Positions 40,383 through 50,044 of a DNA stretch of 64,000 bases are shown here, piece by piece (position 1 is the first letter of the stretch; each line of letters starts with the position of its first letter). The position numbers and the translations under genes were made by a program. The notes beneath the pieces were generated by a model. That model was not told the origin of the DNA and did not search any database. It saw only the letters and a program-made list of their open reading frames with translations. Source of the stretch: an uncultured Gammaproteobacteria bacterium (GTDB taxonomy: Bacteria; Patescibacteriota; Patescibacteriia; SG8-24; DYFX01); the NCBI GenBank assembly GCA_964400625.1, contig CAYNUS010000004.1:26164-90163 (forward strand), written 5' to 3'.

Positions 40383-40886
40383 ATGCAGGTCCCGAAACGA
40401 AAACCTGGAAAGTACGCGCCTGGCCCCGCCGATTACCACCTCACCCATGAGGCGATCCGGAAGCTCAGGGAGGAGCTCGAGCGCATCGAGACGCACGTGC
40501 GTCCGCGCGCCGTCGAGGAGCTCCGCCGCACCCGCGAGATGGGCGACCTCTCGGAGAACTTCGCGTACACGGCCGCCAAGGGGAAGCTCCTGGGGCTCGA
40601 CACGCGCATCATGGAGATCAAGGACCGCCTGAAGAACGCGGTGCCGATCGCGCACGGCGCCGCCAAGGACGGGAGCGCGCGCATCGGCGCGACCGTCACG
40701 GTCGAGGTGAACGGCAAGCGCCGCGTCTTCGACATCGTCGGCTCGCAGGAAGCGGCGCCCGGCAGCGGCAGCATCTCGTACCTCTCCCCGCTCGGCGCCG
40801 CGCTCATGGGCCGCAAGGCCGGCGAACGCGCGGCGATCGAGGCCAACGGCAAGCGCGTCGAGTATCTCGTCATCGAAGTGAAATGA
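40383..40886 (+). CDS. GreA/GreB family transcription elongation factor
   Basis: GDLSENFAY, IVGSQEA, ISYLSPLGAALMG. Confidence 0.9.
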   Translation: MQVPKRKPGKYAPGPADYHLTHEAIRKLREELERIETHVRPRAVEELRRTREMGDLSENFAYTAAKGKLLGLDTRIMEIKDRLKNAVPIAHGAAKDGSARIGATVTVEVNGKRRVFDIVGSQEAAPGSGSISYLSPLGAALMGRKAGERAAIEANGKRVEYLVIEVK

Positions 40887-41386
40887 GGACCGTCACCGTC
40901 AACGACAAGATGCAGCGCGGCTACCGCTACCGGCTCACGGCCCGACCGGGCCGCGATTTCGATCCGGAGTTCCGGCCGGACCTCTCGCCGAAGGAGATGC
41001 TCGCGCTCGGCGTCTTCGGCGGGAAGTACATGACCGACTGCCGGAAGGAATTCCCCGCCGCCTGGTTCGCCAAGGCGAAGCTCTCGCCGGCGCGGAAGGA
41101 GCCGAAGCTGAACTTCTTCAAGGTCGACGCCAGCCAGCCGCTCAAGGAGTGGGTACGGAAAGGCTGGATCCATCCCGACGACCCGCGCGGCTGGTTCCAG
41201 TGGTATTGCCGCTATTGGATGGGGCGGAGGATGCCGGACGAGGACCGTCGGCAGATCAAGCGCTGGAAGATGATGCTGCGCCACGTCGCGCAGATCAAGA
41301 AAGGCTGCGAGCCCGGCGCGCTCCACTGCCGTCCGAAACAGCGGCAGGCGCTCCTGCACTGGGCGTACGACAGCCGCAAGATCTGA
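40883..41386 (+). CDS. Conserved hypothetical Trp/Arg-rich protein
   Basis: PKEMLALGVFGGKY, DPRGWFQWYCRY, RQIKRW, RQALLHWAYD; ATGA-coupled to the Gre factor gene. Confidence 0.8.
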   Translation: MRTVTVNDKMQRGYRYRLTARPGRDFDPEFRPDLSPKEMLALGVFGGKYMTDCRKEFPAAWFAKAKLSPARKEPKLNFFKVDASQPLKEWVRKGWIHPDDPRGWFQWYCRYWMGRRMPDEDRRQIKRWKMMLRHVAQIKKGCEPGALHCRPKQRQALLHWAYDSRKI

Positions 41387-41400
41387 AACCGAAACGGCGG

Positions 41401-42414
41401 TCACCCGCCGTTTTTGAGATACCGATCGAAGAATTCGACGGTGCGCCGCATCACGAGCGGCCAGGCCGCGGCGAACTCGTGCGGCTCGCCTTCGTAGGCG
41501 TGGAACGTCAGGTCCTTGCCGGCGTCCTTGAAGGCCGCATCGAGCCGCTCGGCCCAGACGAACGGCGTCGATTCGTCGGCGGTGCCGTGGTGCAGCAGGA
41601 CGGGCGCCCGCACGCGGTCGAGATGCGCGATGGCCGAGACGCCGTCCCAGAACTCCGGCGCGTCGGCAGGTTCGCCGTACGCCTCCACGATACGCTCCGC
41701 CGTCTCGCGCCGGGTGCGCATCCAGCGCTCGAAGTTGTCGCGCGCGTCGCCCGAGACCGGGGCGAAGAGCACGGCGGCGTCGACGAGCTCCGGGACCGCG
41801 ACCAGCGCGTTCAGCGTCACGCCGCCGCCCATCGAATGCCCGAGCATGCCGACCCGCTCGGCATCGACGCGCGGGACCTTCGCCTCGCGCACGGCCAGGA
41901 CGGCGTTCACGGCGTCTTCGACGTAGCCCAGGCGGAGCTTCAGGTCGGCATCGGGATCGGCGTCCGAAGACGCGTGGCCGCGGTAATCGGTGTGCAGGAC
42001 GGCGTATCCTGCGTTCGCCAAGTAATCCTGTTCGCGCCGCAATCCCCTGCCGTTCGTGTAGATGGCGGGGTCGATGTAGCCGTGGTTCAGCACGAGGAGC
42101 GGGAACGGCCCTTCGCCTTTCGGGACGTTCATCACGCCGGAGATCCTGAGCCCGCCGCTCATGTACGAGATCTCGTGGCGGACGTACGCGGCGGTTTCGG
42201 CGAGCGTGCGGACGAAGGCGAGGCCGCGGCCGTCGAAGGCCGTGCGCGAGAGCGCTTCGAGCGAGACGGGGTGCGGCGCGGCGCGGACGATGCCGACGGC
42301 CGCGATGGGCCGGACCTCGCCCTCGCGCGCGGCGCCGCCGATGGCGTAGCCCCAGGTCGCCGTCAGCAGGACGGCCACCACGGCCAGCGTCAGGCGCTGT
42401 CTCCTCGTGGTCAT
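41401..42414 (-). CDS. Exported alpha/beta hydrolase (S9-like)
   Basis: NHGY, DYRGH, GHSMGG nucleophile, HGTADESTP, H; N-terminal anchor. Confidence 0.88.
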   Translation of the reverse strand: MTTRRQRLTLAVVAVLLTATWGYAIGGAAREGEVRPIAAVGIVRAAPHPVSLEALSRTAFDGRGLAFVRTLAETAAYVRHEISYMSGGLRISGVMNVPKGEGPFPLLVLNHGYIDPAIYTNGRGLRREQDYLANAGYAVLHTDYRGHASSDADPDADLKLRLGYVEDAVNAVLAVREAKVPRVDAERVGMLGHSMGGGVTLNALVAVPELVDAAVLFAPVSGDARDNFERWMRTRRETAERIVEAYGEPADAPEFWDGVSAIAHLDRVRAPVLLHHGTADESTPFVWAERLDAAFKDAGKDLTFHAYEGEPHEFAAAWPLVMRRTVEFFDRYLKNGG

Positions 42415-44834
42415 GGCAGGAAATCAGGATGCACGCGGATCAGCTTGTCGTCCCCCGCCTTCGGCGCGCCGCGGCCGTCCCGGTTCGAGGTGCTGACGTA
42501 CAGCGCGTCGGGACCGAGCGCCACGCCGCGCAGACGCCCGTAGACGCCCTTGAAATGCTCCGTGAACGCCGCGACGTTCCCGGCAGCATCGAGCTTGGCC
42601 TCGTAGAGCGTCTCGCCCTTGAGGCCGGCGAAGAAGAGGCTCCCGCCGACGTACGCCAGGCCGGACGGCGCCCAGGTGACGTTCGCGCCCGAGTGCCGGA
42701 CGGGCCGCTCCATGCCGGCGACGCTCATGTCGCCTTGGATGACGGGCCAGCCGTAGTTTTTGCCCTTCTCGATCAGGTTGAGCTCGTCGTAACCGGAGAG
42801 CGCGCCGGAGCGTCCATGTTCCGTCTGCCACATGCGGCCTTGGGCGTCCCAGGCGATGCCTTGCGCGTTGCGATGGCCGTAGGACCAGACGTAGGTGCCG
42901 AACGGGTTGTCGGACGGGATGCCGCCTTCCGGCGTGAGCCGGAGCGTCTTGCCCGCGAGCGAGGCGAGGTCCTGCGCGAGGTCCGGAGAATTCGCGTCCC
43001 CGGTCGTGACATAGAGCATGCCGTCGGGTCCGAAGGCGATCTGTCCGCCGTCGTGGTAGAGCGCCGCCGGGATGGCGTCGAGGATCATCTTGTCCTCGAT
43101 GAGCCGCGCGCCTTCGAGCCGGAAGCGCTGGATGCGGTTGCGCTGGCCGTTCTCCGCCGTCGTGAAGTAGAGGTAGACGTAGCCGTTCGCCGCGAACTCG
43201 GGATGCAGCGCCATGCCCATGAGGCCTCCCTCGCCCGTATGCAGGACGTCCGGGATGTCGATCTCCGCCGGCGTCTTGCCGATGCGCCGCAAGGTGCCGG
43301 GGCGCTCCGTGACGAGCAGGTCGCCGTCGGGCAGGAAGACGACGTCCCATGGCACGGCGAGGTCCCGCGCGGCGGTGCCGGTGCCGTACGCCTTGAAGTC
43401 ATGGTCGTTCACGAGGTGCACCGAGGCCATCGGATAGCCCTTCGCGCGCAGCGAATCGTGCGTGCCGAGATGCTCCTTGCGGTTCAAGGAATACGCCTCG
43501 CCGGAGCGGACGATGAGATCGGTCTCCGGATAGCTCGCGAATTCCGTCTCCGTGACTTCGGCCACCGGCGCGTTCGTCCAGCCATAGGAGGCCATGACCG
43601 ACGGGTCGAGCAGCTTGCGCCGCCAGAGCGCGTCGTTCAGCAGGAAGATCTGCGGCGCGCCTTTCATGCGCACGAGCCGCTCGTTCGGGATGGCGTTCAC
43701 GACGCCGCGCGGCAGGACGTACACGTCGCTCCACGAATACCCGTACGACGCGAAGACCGCCTCGTCCTTCAGGTGGCGCTTCTTGCCGCCGTTCACGACA
43801 TAGACCTTCCCGTCGCCTTCGGCCTGCACGAGCATGTGCTCCGGATAGCGGTTGCTCGAGGTCGCGTAGGGCGACATGTCCGCGACGACGCGGAGCGTGC
43901 GCGCGGCGGGATCGAGCTCCACCAGCGTCACGCTCACGTTGTTGTCGCGGCGGCTCTCGGTGAAATGCCGTTCGGGATCGACGTCGAAACTGAGCTTGTA
44001 GATGCCTTTCGGCAGGCCCTGCACGTCGAAATACTGGTCCGGCAGGGTGTACGGATAGACGTCGGCCCAGCCGACCGAGACGCCCTGCTTGCCGCCCTCG
44101 CAGCCGCCGTATTTCCGGGGCTGATCCGGACCTTCGGCCGCCGGCGCCATGGCCGTGTCGTCGCGCATGCAGAAGGTCGTCTTCTGCGTCAGGATCGAAC
44201 CGCCCGCCCCCGTGCCCGACGCGGGACGGACGAGTTCGAGACGGTACTCGCCGAAATCGTCGTAGTGGTAGTGCACGTGGACGTCGTGCCAGAAGAGCAC
44301 GCCGACCGGCACGTCCCGATAGGCGCCGTCCGCGTGGAAGATGCGCTGGGAGGCCGGATGGTCCCCGTCGCCGTCCTGGTCGGATTGCGCGTTCAGCTCG
44401 AAGGCGCCCTTGCCGCGGTTCCAGAAGGTGGCCGTGAACTTGAGCGCCGTGCGTCCGCCGATCGTGGCGTAGCGCAGATCATAGCCGGCCGCCGGCGCGA
44501 GGTCCGGGAGCAGGGCGCGTTCGAGCGGAAGCCCGAGGTTCACCGCCTCGATGATGTCCGCGCCGGCCGGATAGGCCGCGAGCGCGGCGTCGTCGACGGT
44601 CGTGACGTCCGTCCACCGGAAGCCCTGCGCCGCGAAGGCGAGCTCGTTCTCGATCCAGCGGCGCTTGCCGTCCTGGATGTAGTAGACCTTGGTGTCGGAG
44701 ACGCCGCGCAGCAGCATGCCGTCCGGCAGGAGCGGAGCGGCGAAGGCGACCTGTACGGCCATGATCTGCGACAGGAGCGTCGCGGCGGCGGCCATCGCGA
44801 TGACGGAAAGGAGGCGCATGGGGAACGGAAACAT
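42411..44834 (-). CDS. Secreted multidomain protein: surface repeats + lysyl-oxidase-like domain + PQQ-dependent glucose/sorbosone dehydrogenase
   Basis: Signal peptide; WHDVHVHYHY, QKTTFCMRD, QGVSVGWADVY, ESRRDNN; GEGGLMG, HDGGQIAFGPDG, YGHRNAQG, GRLR. Confidence 0.85.
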   Translation of the reverse strand: MFPFPMRLLSVIAMAAAATLLSQIMAVQVAFAAPLLPDGMLLRGVSDTKVYYIQDGKRRWIENELAFAAQGFRWTDVTTVDDAALAAYPAGADIIEAVNLGLPLERALLPDLAPAAGYDLRYATIGGRTALKFTATFWNRGKGAFELNAQSDQDGDGDHPASQRIFHADGAYRDVPVGVLFWHDVHVHYHYDDFGEYRLELVRPASGTGAGGSILTQKTTFCMRDDTAMAPAAEGPDQPRKYGGCEGGKQGVSVGWADVYPYTLPDQYFDVQGLPKGIYKLSFDVDPERHFTESRRDNNVSVTLVELDPAARTLRVVADMSPYATSSNRYPEHMLVQAEGDGKVYVVNGGKKRHLKDEAVFASYGYSWSDVYVLPRGVVNAIPNERLVRMKGAPQIFLLNDALWRRKLLDPSVMASYGWTNAPVAEVTETEFASYPETDLIVRSGEAYSLNRKEHLGTHDSLRAKGYPMASVHLVNDHDFKAYGTGTAARDLAVPWDVVFLPDGDLLVTERPGTLRRIGKTPAEIDIPDVLHTGEGGLMGMALHPEFAANGYVYLYFTTAENGQRNRIQRFRLEGARLIEDKMILDAIPAALYHDGGQIAFGPDGMLYVTTGDANSPDLAQDLASLAGKTLRLTPEGGIPSDNPFGTYVWSYGHRNAQGIAWDAQGRMWQTEHGRSGALSGYDELNLIEKGKNYGWPVIQGDMSVAGMERPVRHSGANVTWAPSGLAYVGGSLFFAGLKGETLYEAKLDAAGNVAAFTEHFKGVYGRLRGVALGPDALYVSTSNRDGRGAPKAGDDKLIRVHPDFLP

Positions 44835-44897
44835 GATTCTCCCGTGCAGTATAGCACGCCCTCGGACGAAAAAAGCGCCCGGTCAGGCGCTCTCCCG

Positions 44898-46136
44898 TCA
44901 CGCGCCCCGTGCGGCGCTCTCGCCCGCGACGCGCCCGGCGGCCCACGAAGCCTGCAGGTTGAACCCTCCGGTGAAGCCGTCGATGTCGAGGATCTCCCCG
45001 GCGAAGAAGAGTCCGGGGGAAATCTTCGATTCCATCGTCTTCGGATCGACGTCCTTGAGGTCGACGCCGCCGGCCGTGACGAACTCGTCCCCCGCCCCGC
45101 GCCCGATGACGGCGAGCGGGATCCCCTTCAGCCACTCGGAGATCTTGCGGATGTCCTTCTTCGGCACGCCGCCAGCGATCGCCTCCGGATCCAGTCCGAG
45201 GTCGCCGCACAGCGCGAGCGCCAGCGACTTCGACATCGTGAAATCGAGCACGTTGACGAGGCTCTTGCGCGGATGCTCGCGGAGCGCCTGCTCGAGCCCG
45301 CGATAGAGGTCCTCTTCGGCCCGGTCCGGGAACAGGTCGATCTTGAGACGCATCGGCGCGGCGGGTCCGTACGTCTCGAAGGCGACGAGGCTCGAGAGCG
45401 CGAAGACGGCCGGACCGCTCACGCCGCGGTGGGTGAAGAGCATCGGACCGGTGAATTCGTAGGCCTTGGCGAACTTCGTCCGCAGGCGCGCCCTCTCTGA
45501 CGAGAAGCCGGAGACGTCTTTCGGCCACGTCTCCTTCGTGAAGAAGGAGTTGAGGCTCGGCGCCAGCGGCGTGACGCGGTGCCCGAGCGCTTCCGCGAAG
45601 GCGTACCCGTCGCCGGTCGATCCCGTGTGGCGGAAGGCCTGGCCGCCCGTGGTGAGGATGACGCGGTCGGCGCCCAAGGGATCGCCTTCCTTGAAATGGA
45701 TCAGGTAGCCGCCGTCCTTCCGTTCCACGCGGACGACATGGCGCTTCAGCATCACGCGCACGTTCGAGCCCTCGAACAGGCGCTCGAAGGCGCCGACGAC
45801 GTCGTGGCCGTCGTCCGACTGCGGGAACGTCCGCAGGTCCTCCTCGATCTTGAGCGGGACGCCGTGCGCTTCGAACCAGGCGTAGACGGCTTCCGGCGGG
45901 AAGCGCCGCATGGCGGAGTTCAGGAACTTGCCGCCGCGCGGATACTTCGAAAGCACCTCGCGGATGTCGCGCAGGCCCGTCGTGACGTTGCAGCGTCCGC
46001 CGCCGGAGATGATGACCTTCTTGCCGAGCCCGTCGTTGCGCTCGATCAGGAAGACTTCGGTTTCCGGAGACGTCTCATGGATGGCGGCGGCGGCCATGAG
46101 CCCGGCCGCGCCTCCGCCGATGACGGCGATCTTCAT
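44898..46136 (-). CDS. HI0933/YhiN family flavoprotein
   Basis: GGGAAG, SGGGRCNVT, GSTGDG, LFTHRGVSGP, GFTGGFNLQ. Confidence 0.93.
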   Translation of the reverse strand: MKIAVIGGGAAGLMAAAAIHETSPETEVFLIERNDGLGKKVIISGGGRCNVTTGLRDIREVLSKYPRGGKFLNSAMRRFPPEAVYAWFEAHGVPLKIEEDLRTFPQSDDGHDVVGAFERLFEGSNVRVMLKRHVVRVERKDGGYLIHFKEGDPLGADRVILTTGGQAFRHTGSTGDGYAFAEALGHRVTPLAPSLNSFFTKETWPKDVSGFSSERARLRTKFAKAYEFTGPMLFTHRGVSGPAVFALSSLVAFETYGPAAPMRLKIDLFPDRAEEDLYRGLEQALREHPRKSLVNVLDFTMSKSLALALCGDLGLDPEAIAGGVPKKDIRKISEWLKGIPLAVIGRGAGDEFVTAGGVDLKDVDPKTMESKISPGLFFAGEILDIDGFTGGFNLQASWAAGRVAGESAARGA

Positions 46137-46145
46137 GGCTACAGC

Positions 46146-47621
46146 CTACCACGCCCGCTCCTCCGCGTGGTCGCGGATGGTCTGGAGGAAGACCTCGCCG
46201 AAGGTCTCGAGCTTCTTCTCGCCGACGCCCGGGATGACGGAGAATTCCGCCCGCGTGACCGGGCGCTGGGAGGCCATGGCGCGCAGGCTGACGTCGCCGA
46301 AGATCATGTACGGCGGCACGCGGCGGATGGCGGCCAGGCGCTTGCGGAGCGCGCGTAGGCGTTCGAACAGCGCGGCGTCGGCGTCGTTCGCGACGACGGT
46401 CGCCCTCTTCTTCGGGACGGGTTCCTCGCGGATCGTCGTGCCGAGGCAGACGTCGCAGCCGCCGCAGTTCTCCGCTCCGGGCGTCTCGCCGAAATACGAA
46501 AGCAGGAAGCGGCGGCGGCAGGATTTCAGGTCGCCGTACCGGATGACGGCGTCGAGCTTCTTCTGCGCCTCCTCGCGCGCCGGGCCGTGCTCCATCCCGT
46601 TGATGAAGAACATCTGCTTGCGGCGGTCGCCGTACGAGAAGAAGAGCACGCATTCCGACGGCAGGCCGTCGCGTCCGGCGCGCCCAGTCTCCTGGTAGTA
46701 GCCCTCGACGGATTTCGGCAGATCGCAGTGCGCCACGAGCCGGACGTCCGGCTTGTCGATGCCCATGCCGAAGGCGATCGTCGCCACCACGACGTCGATC
46801 TCGTCCTTGATGAAGCGGTCCTGCGTGCGCGCCCGGAGGTCAGGCGTCAGCCCCGCATGATACGGCGCGGCCTTGAAGCCCTTGGCGCGCAGCTCCTTGG
46901 CCAGCGCTTCGGTATCCTTGCGCGAGAAGCAGTACAGGATGGCGCTCTCGCCGCGGTACTTCTCGAGCGTCGCGTACAATCCCGCCCAGCCCTTGCGCTT
47001 CGGCGCGACGGAATACGTCAGGTTCGGCCGGTTGAAGCTCGAGATGAAGGTCCGCGGCTCGCGCAGGTGCAGCTGGCGGATGATGTCGCGCCGGACCTCC
47101 ATCGTGGCGGTCGCCGTGAGCGCGATGGTCGGCGCGTTCGGGAACTCCATGCGGAGGACCGTGAGGTTGCGGTAGTCGGGACGGAAATCATGCCCCCATT
47201 CGGAGACGCAATGCGCCTCGTCGACGGCGACGAGCTTCACGTCGAGCTTCGAGAGGAACGCGCGGAAGTCCGGCGTGGCCAGGCGCTCAGGCGCGACGTA
47301 CAGCAGCCGCAAGCCGCCGGACAGCGCCTTCCGCTTCACCGCGTCGATCTCGCCGCCGTCGAGCGCGCTGTTGATGTAGGCCGCCGGCACGCCGTTCGTC
47401 GTGAGCTGGTCCACCTGGTCCTTCATGAGCGCGATGAGCGGAGAGACGACGATCGTGAGCCCACCCGTCACGAGCGACGGCATCTGGAAACACAAGGACT
47501 TCCCGCCGCCCGTGGGCATGAGCGCGAGGCAGTCCTTCCCGTCGAGCACGTGGCGGATGATGTCCTCCTGGAGCGGGCGGAAACGATCGTAGCCGAAGTG
47601 GCGCTTGAGGATGTCGAGCAT
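46146..47621 (-). CDS. recQ: RecQ family DNA helicase
   Basis: PTGGGKS, DEAH, WGHDFRP, QETGRAGRDG, Zn-binding CRR...CGGCDVC, HRDC. Confidence 0.95.
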   Translation of the reverse strand: MLDILKRHFGYDRFRPLQEDIIRHVLDGKDCLALMPTGGGKSLCFQMPSLVTGGLTIVVSPLIALMKDQVDQLTTNGVPAAYINSALDGGEIDAVKRKALSGGLRLLYVAPERLATPDFRAFLSKLDVKLVAVDEAHCVSEWGHDFRPDYRNLTVLRMEFPNAPTIALTATATMEVRRDIIRQLHLREPRTFISSFNRPNLTYSVAPKRKGWAGLYATLEKYRGESAILYCFSRKDTEALAKELRAKGFKAAPYHAGLTPDLRARTQDRFIKDEIDVVVATIAFGMGIDKPDVRLVAHCDLPKSVEGYYQETGRAGRDGLPSECVLFFSYGDRRKQMFFINGMEHGPAREEAQKKLDAVIRYGDLKSCRRRFLLSYFGETPGAENCGGCDVCLGTTIREEPVPKKRATVVANDADAALFERLRALRKRLAAIRRVPPYMIFGDVSLRAMASQRPVTRAEFSVIPGVGEKKLETFGEVFLQTIRDHAEERAW

Positions 47622-47683
47622 GGGATCGGCGCGTTCGTGAATGATGCCGCCGGCCTACCGGAAACCGCCCCGCGCACGCAAGC

Positions 47684-48463
47684 CTAGGCCCGCATGCCGG
47701 TCCCCTTCCTCAGGAGATGCAGGTTGAGCACGGCCAGCGCGACGACGACGGCCGCGATGACGAGCGCGCTCCTCCAGACGGGGATCCCCGCGGTGCCGAA
47801 GAACCCGTAACGGAAGCCGTCGACCATGTAGAGGATGGGGTTGAGGGACGAGACCTTCTGCCAGAACGGCGGCAGCTGCTGCACCGAATAGAAGACGCCG
47901 CCAAGGTACGTGAGCGGCACGAGCACGAAGGTCGAGAAGATGCTGGTGTCGTCGAACTTCTTGGCGAAGACGGCGTTCAGGAAGCCCGCCATCGAGAAGA
48001 GCAGGCTCGTGAGGAACAGGAAGGCGATGACGGCCCAGGGGTGCGCGACGGTCGGGGGCACGAAGAGCGCGGAAACGGCGTAGACGAGGCCGCCCGTCAC
48101 GACGCCGCGGAAGACGCCGCCCGACGCGTAGCCGGCGAGCATCACCCAGTCCGGCGTCGGCGAGACCATGATCTCCTCGATGTTGCGCATGAACTTCGCG
48201 GTGAAGAAGGCGCTCACCACGTTGCCGAAGCTGTTCTGGATGACGGCCATCATGACGAGGCCCGGCACGATGAAGGCCATGTACGGCACGCCGCCCATCT
48301 CACCGACGCGCGAGCCGATGAAGCCGCCGAAGATCAGGAAGTACAGCGATTGCGTGATGAGCGGCGGCAGCAGGGTCTGCGGCCAGATGCGGAAGATGCG
48401 CACGGCTTCCTTGCGGAGCATCGTGCGGTAGGCGTTCCAGGCGATCGTGATGCGGGGATTCAT
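47684..48463 (-). CDS. ABC-2 transporter permease (YadH-like)
   Basis: RIWPQTLLPP, YMAFIVPGL, PLTYLGGVFYS, NPILYMVDGFRYGF. Confidence 0.92.
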   Translation of the reverse strand: MNPRITIAWNAYRTMLRKEAVRIFRIWPQTLLPPLITQSLYFLIFGGFIGSRVGEMGGVPYMAFIVPGLVMMAVIQNSFGNVVSAFFTAKFMRNIEEIMVSPTPDWVMLAGYASGGVFRGVVTGGLVYAVSALFVPPTVAHPWAVIAFLFLTSLLFSMAGFLNAVFAKKFDDTSIFSTFVLVPLTYLGGVFYSVQQLPPFWQKVSSLNPILYMVDGFRYGFFGTAGIPVWRSALVIAAVVVALAVLNLHLLRKGTGMRA

Positions 48464-49365
48464 TTGGAGAGGGTGGAAAGATACAGCTCCTCGACGCGGT
48501 TCTGCGCGTGGGCGGCGTCGAGCACGCGGAGTCCGGCGGCGCGGACGCGCGCGAAGAGCGCGTCGAGCGTCTCATCCTTGAGCGCCGGGACGACGGCGAC
48601 GGCGCCCTTGATCTCCTCCGCGCCGATGGCGGCGGCCTGTTCCGCGGTCGGTGCGGACGACAGCGTCAGCCGGTAGCGCCGGCCTTCCGCCTCGGCCAGG
48701 AGGCCGTGGACCGTGCCGGACTTCACGACCCCGCCGCGCTGGATGATCGTCATCGCGTTGCAGAGCTGTTCGACCTCCTCGAGGTAATGCGTGGTGAGGA
48801 GCATCGTCATGCCGCCGCCGTTGAGCTTGCGGAGGAAATCCCACATGCCGCGACGCAGCTCCACGTCGACGCCGGCGGTCGGCTCGTCGAGGATGAGCAG
48901 CTTCGGCGCGTGCACGAGGGCGCGCGCGATCATGAGGCGGCGCTTCATGCCGCCCGAAAGGGCCCGCGACGGCGCGTCGCGCTTGTCCCAGAGCCCGAGC
49001 TCCTTGAGCAGCTCGTCGGCGCGCTCCGACGCCGCGGCGCGCGTCATGCCGTAATAGCCGCCCTGCGTGATGACGATCTCGCGGACGTTCTCGAAGATAT
49101 TGAAGTTGAACTCCTGCGGCACGACGCCGACCATCGCCTTGGCGCCGTCGGGATCCTTCGCCCGGTCGATGCCGAAGACCGAGACCGCGCCGGCCGTCGG
49201 CGTGACCAGTCCGACCACGACGTTGATGAGCGTGGTCTTGCCGGCGCCGTTGGCGCCCAGCAGCGCGAAGAAATCCCCTTCCGCGACGGAAAGGTCGACG
49301 CCCTTGAGCGCCTCGACCCCGCCGTCGTAGGTCTTGCGCAATCCGGTGATCTTGAGCGCGTCCAT
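48460..49365 (-). CDS. ABC transporter ATP-binding protein (YadG-like)
   Basis: GANGAGKT, VPQEFNF, LSGGMKRR, LDEPTAGVD. Confidence 0.93.
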   Translation of the reverse strand: MDALKITGLRKTYDGGVEALKGVDLSVAEGDFFALLGANGAGKTTLINVVVGLVTPTAGAVSVFGIDRAKDPDGAKAMVGVVPQEFNFNIFENVREIVITQGGYYGMTRAAASERADELLKELGLWDKRDAPSRALSGGMKRRLMIARALVHAPKLLILDEPTAGVDVELRRGMWDFLRKLNGGGMTMLLTTHYLEEVEQLCNAMTIIQRGGVVKSGTVHGLLAEAEGRRYRLTLSSAPTAEQAAAIGAEEIKGAVAVVPALKDETLDALFARVRAAGLRVLDAAHAQNRVEELYLSTLSK

Positions 49366-49368
49366 GGG

Positions 49369-49974
49369 TCAGCCCTGTTTCGCCTTGATGAAGGCCGGGC
49401 GTTCGGCGCACCGCTTCATCCAGGCCGTGATGGCCGGATAGCCCGAAAGGTCGGTCTCGGCGATCTCCGCGTAGTTGAAGGTCGAGCGCGTCACGATGTC
49501 CGCGACGGTGAAGCCGGAGGGCATGACGTACTCCTTGCCCGTAAGCTGGGCCTCGAAGACGGGCAGGTACCGGTCGAGCGCGTGGCGTGCGGCGGCTTCG
49601 GCCTCTTCGGACGCGGGACGCCCCCACTTCCTCATGCAGAGCGTCACGAAGTTCTTGTCGATGTTGAGCAGCACGAAGAGCTCCCAGCGCAGCTGTTCGG
49701 CATACGCCTCGACGGAATACGGCCCGAAGAGCTTCTGGTCGTATTTCATGCCGAGGTAGTGCACCATCGCCGCAGATTCGGTGAGCACGAAACCGTCGTG
49801 GACCAGGGTCGGGATCTGGCCGGTCGGGTTCAGGGCGAGGTACTCCGGCGAACGGGTCTCTCCGGCGGCGATGTCGAGCTTCTTGGTCTCGTAGGCGAGC
49901 CCGAGTTCGGCGAGCGCCCAATGCGGGCGGAACGACGATCCGGCGGGGCCGCCGTAGACGATGATGGTGGGCAT
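49369..49974 (-). CDS. Glutathione S-transferase family protein
   Basis: LNPTGQIPTL, LTESAA, FTVADI. Confidence 0.88.
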   Translation of the reverse strand: MPTIIVYGGPAGSSFRPHWALAELGLAYETKKLDIAAGETRSPEYLALNPTGQIPTLVHDGFVLTESAAMVHYLGMKYDQKLFGPYSVEAYAEQLRWELFVLLNIDKNFVTLCMRKWGRPASEEAEAAARHALDRYLPVFEAQLTGKEYVMPSGFTVADIVTRSTFNYAEIAETDLSGYPAITAWMKRCAERPAFIKAKQG

Positions 49975-50044
49975 GACGGTGCGGTAAGGAGTGATACGGA
50001 CCCGCCCATGGTACGCGCGTCGCGTCCGGACGTCCATCCTCGCC

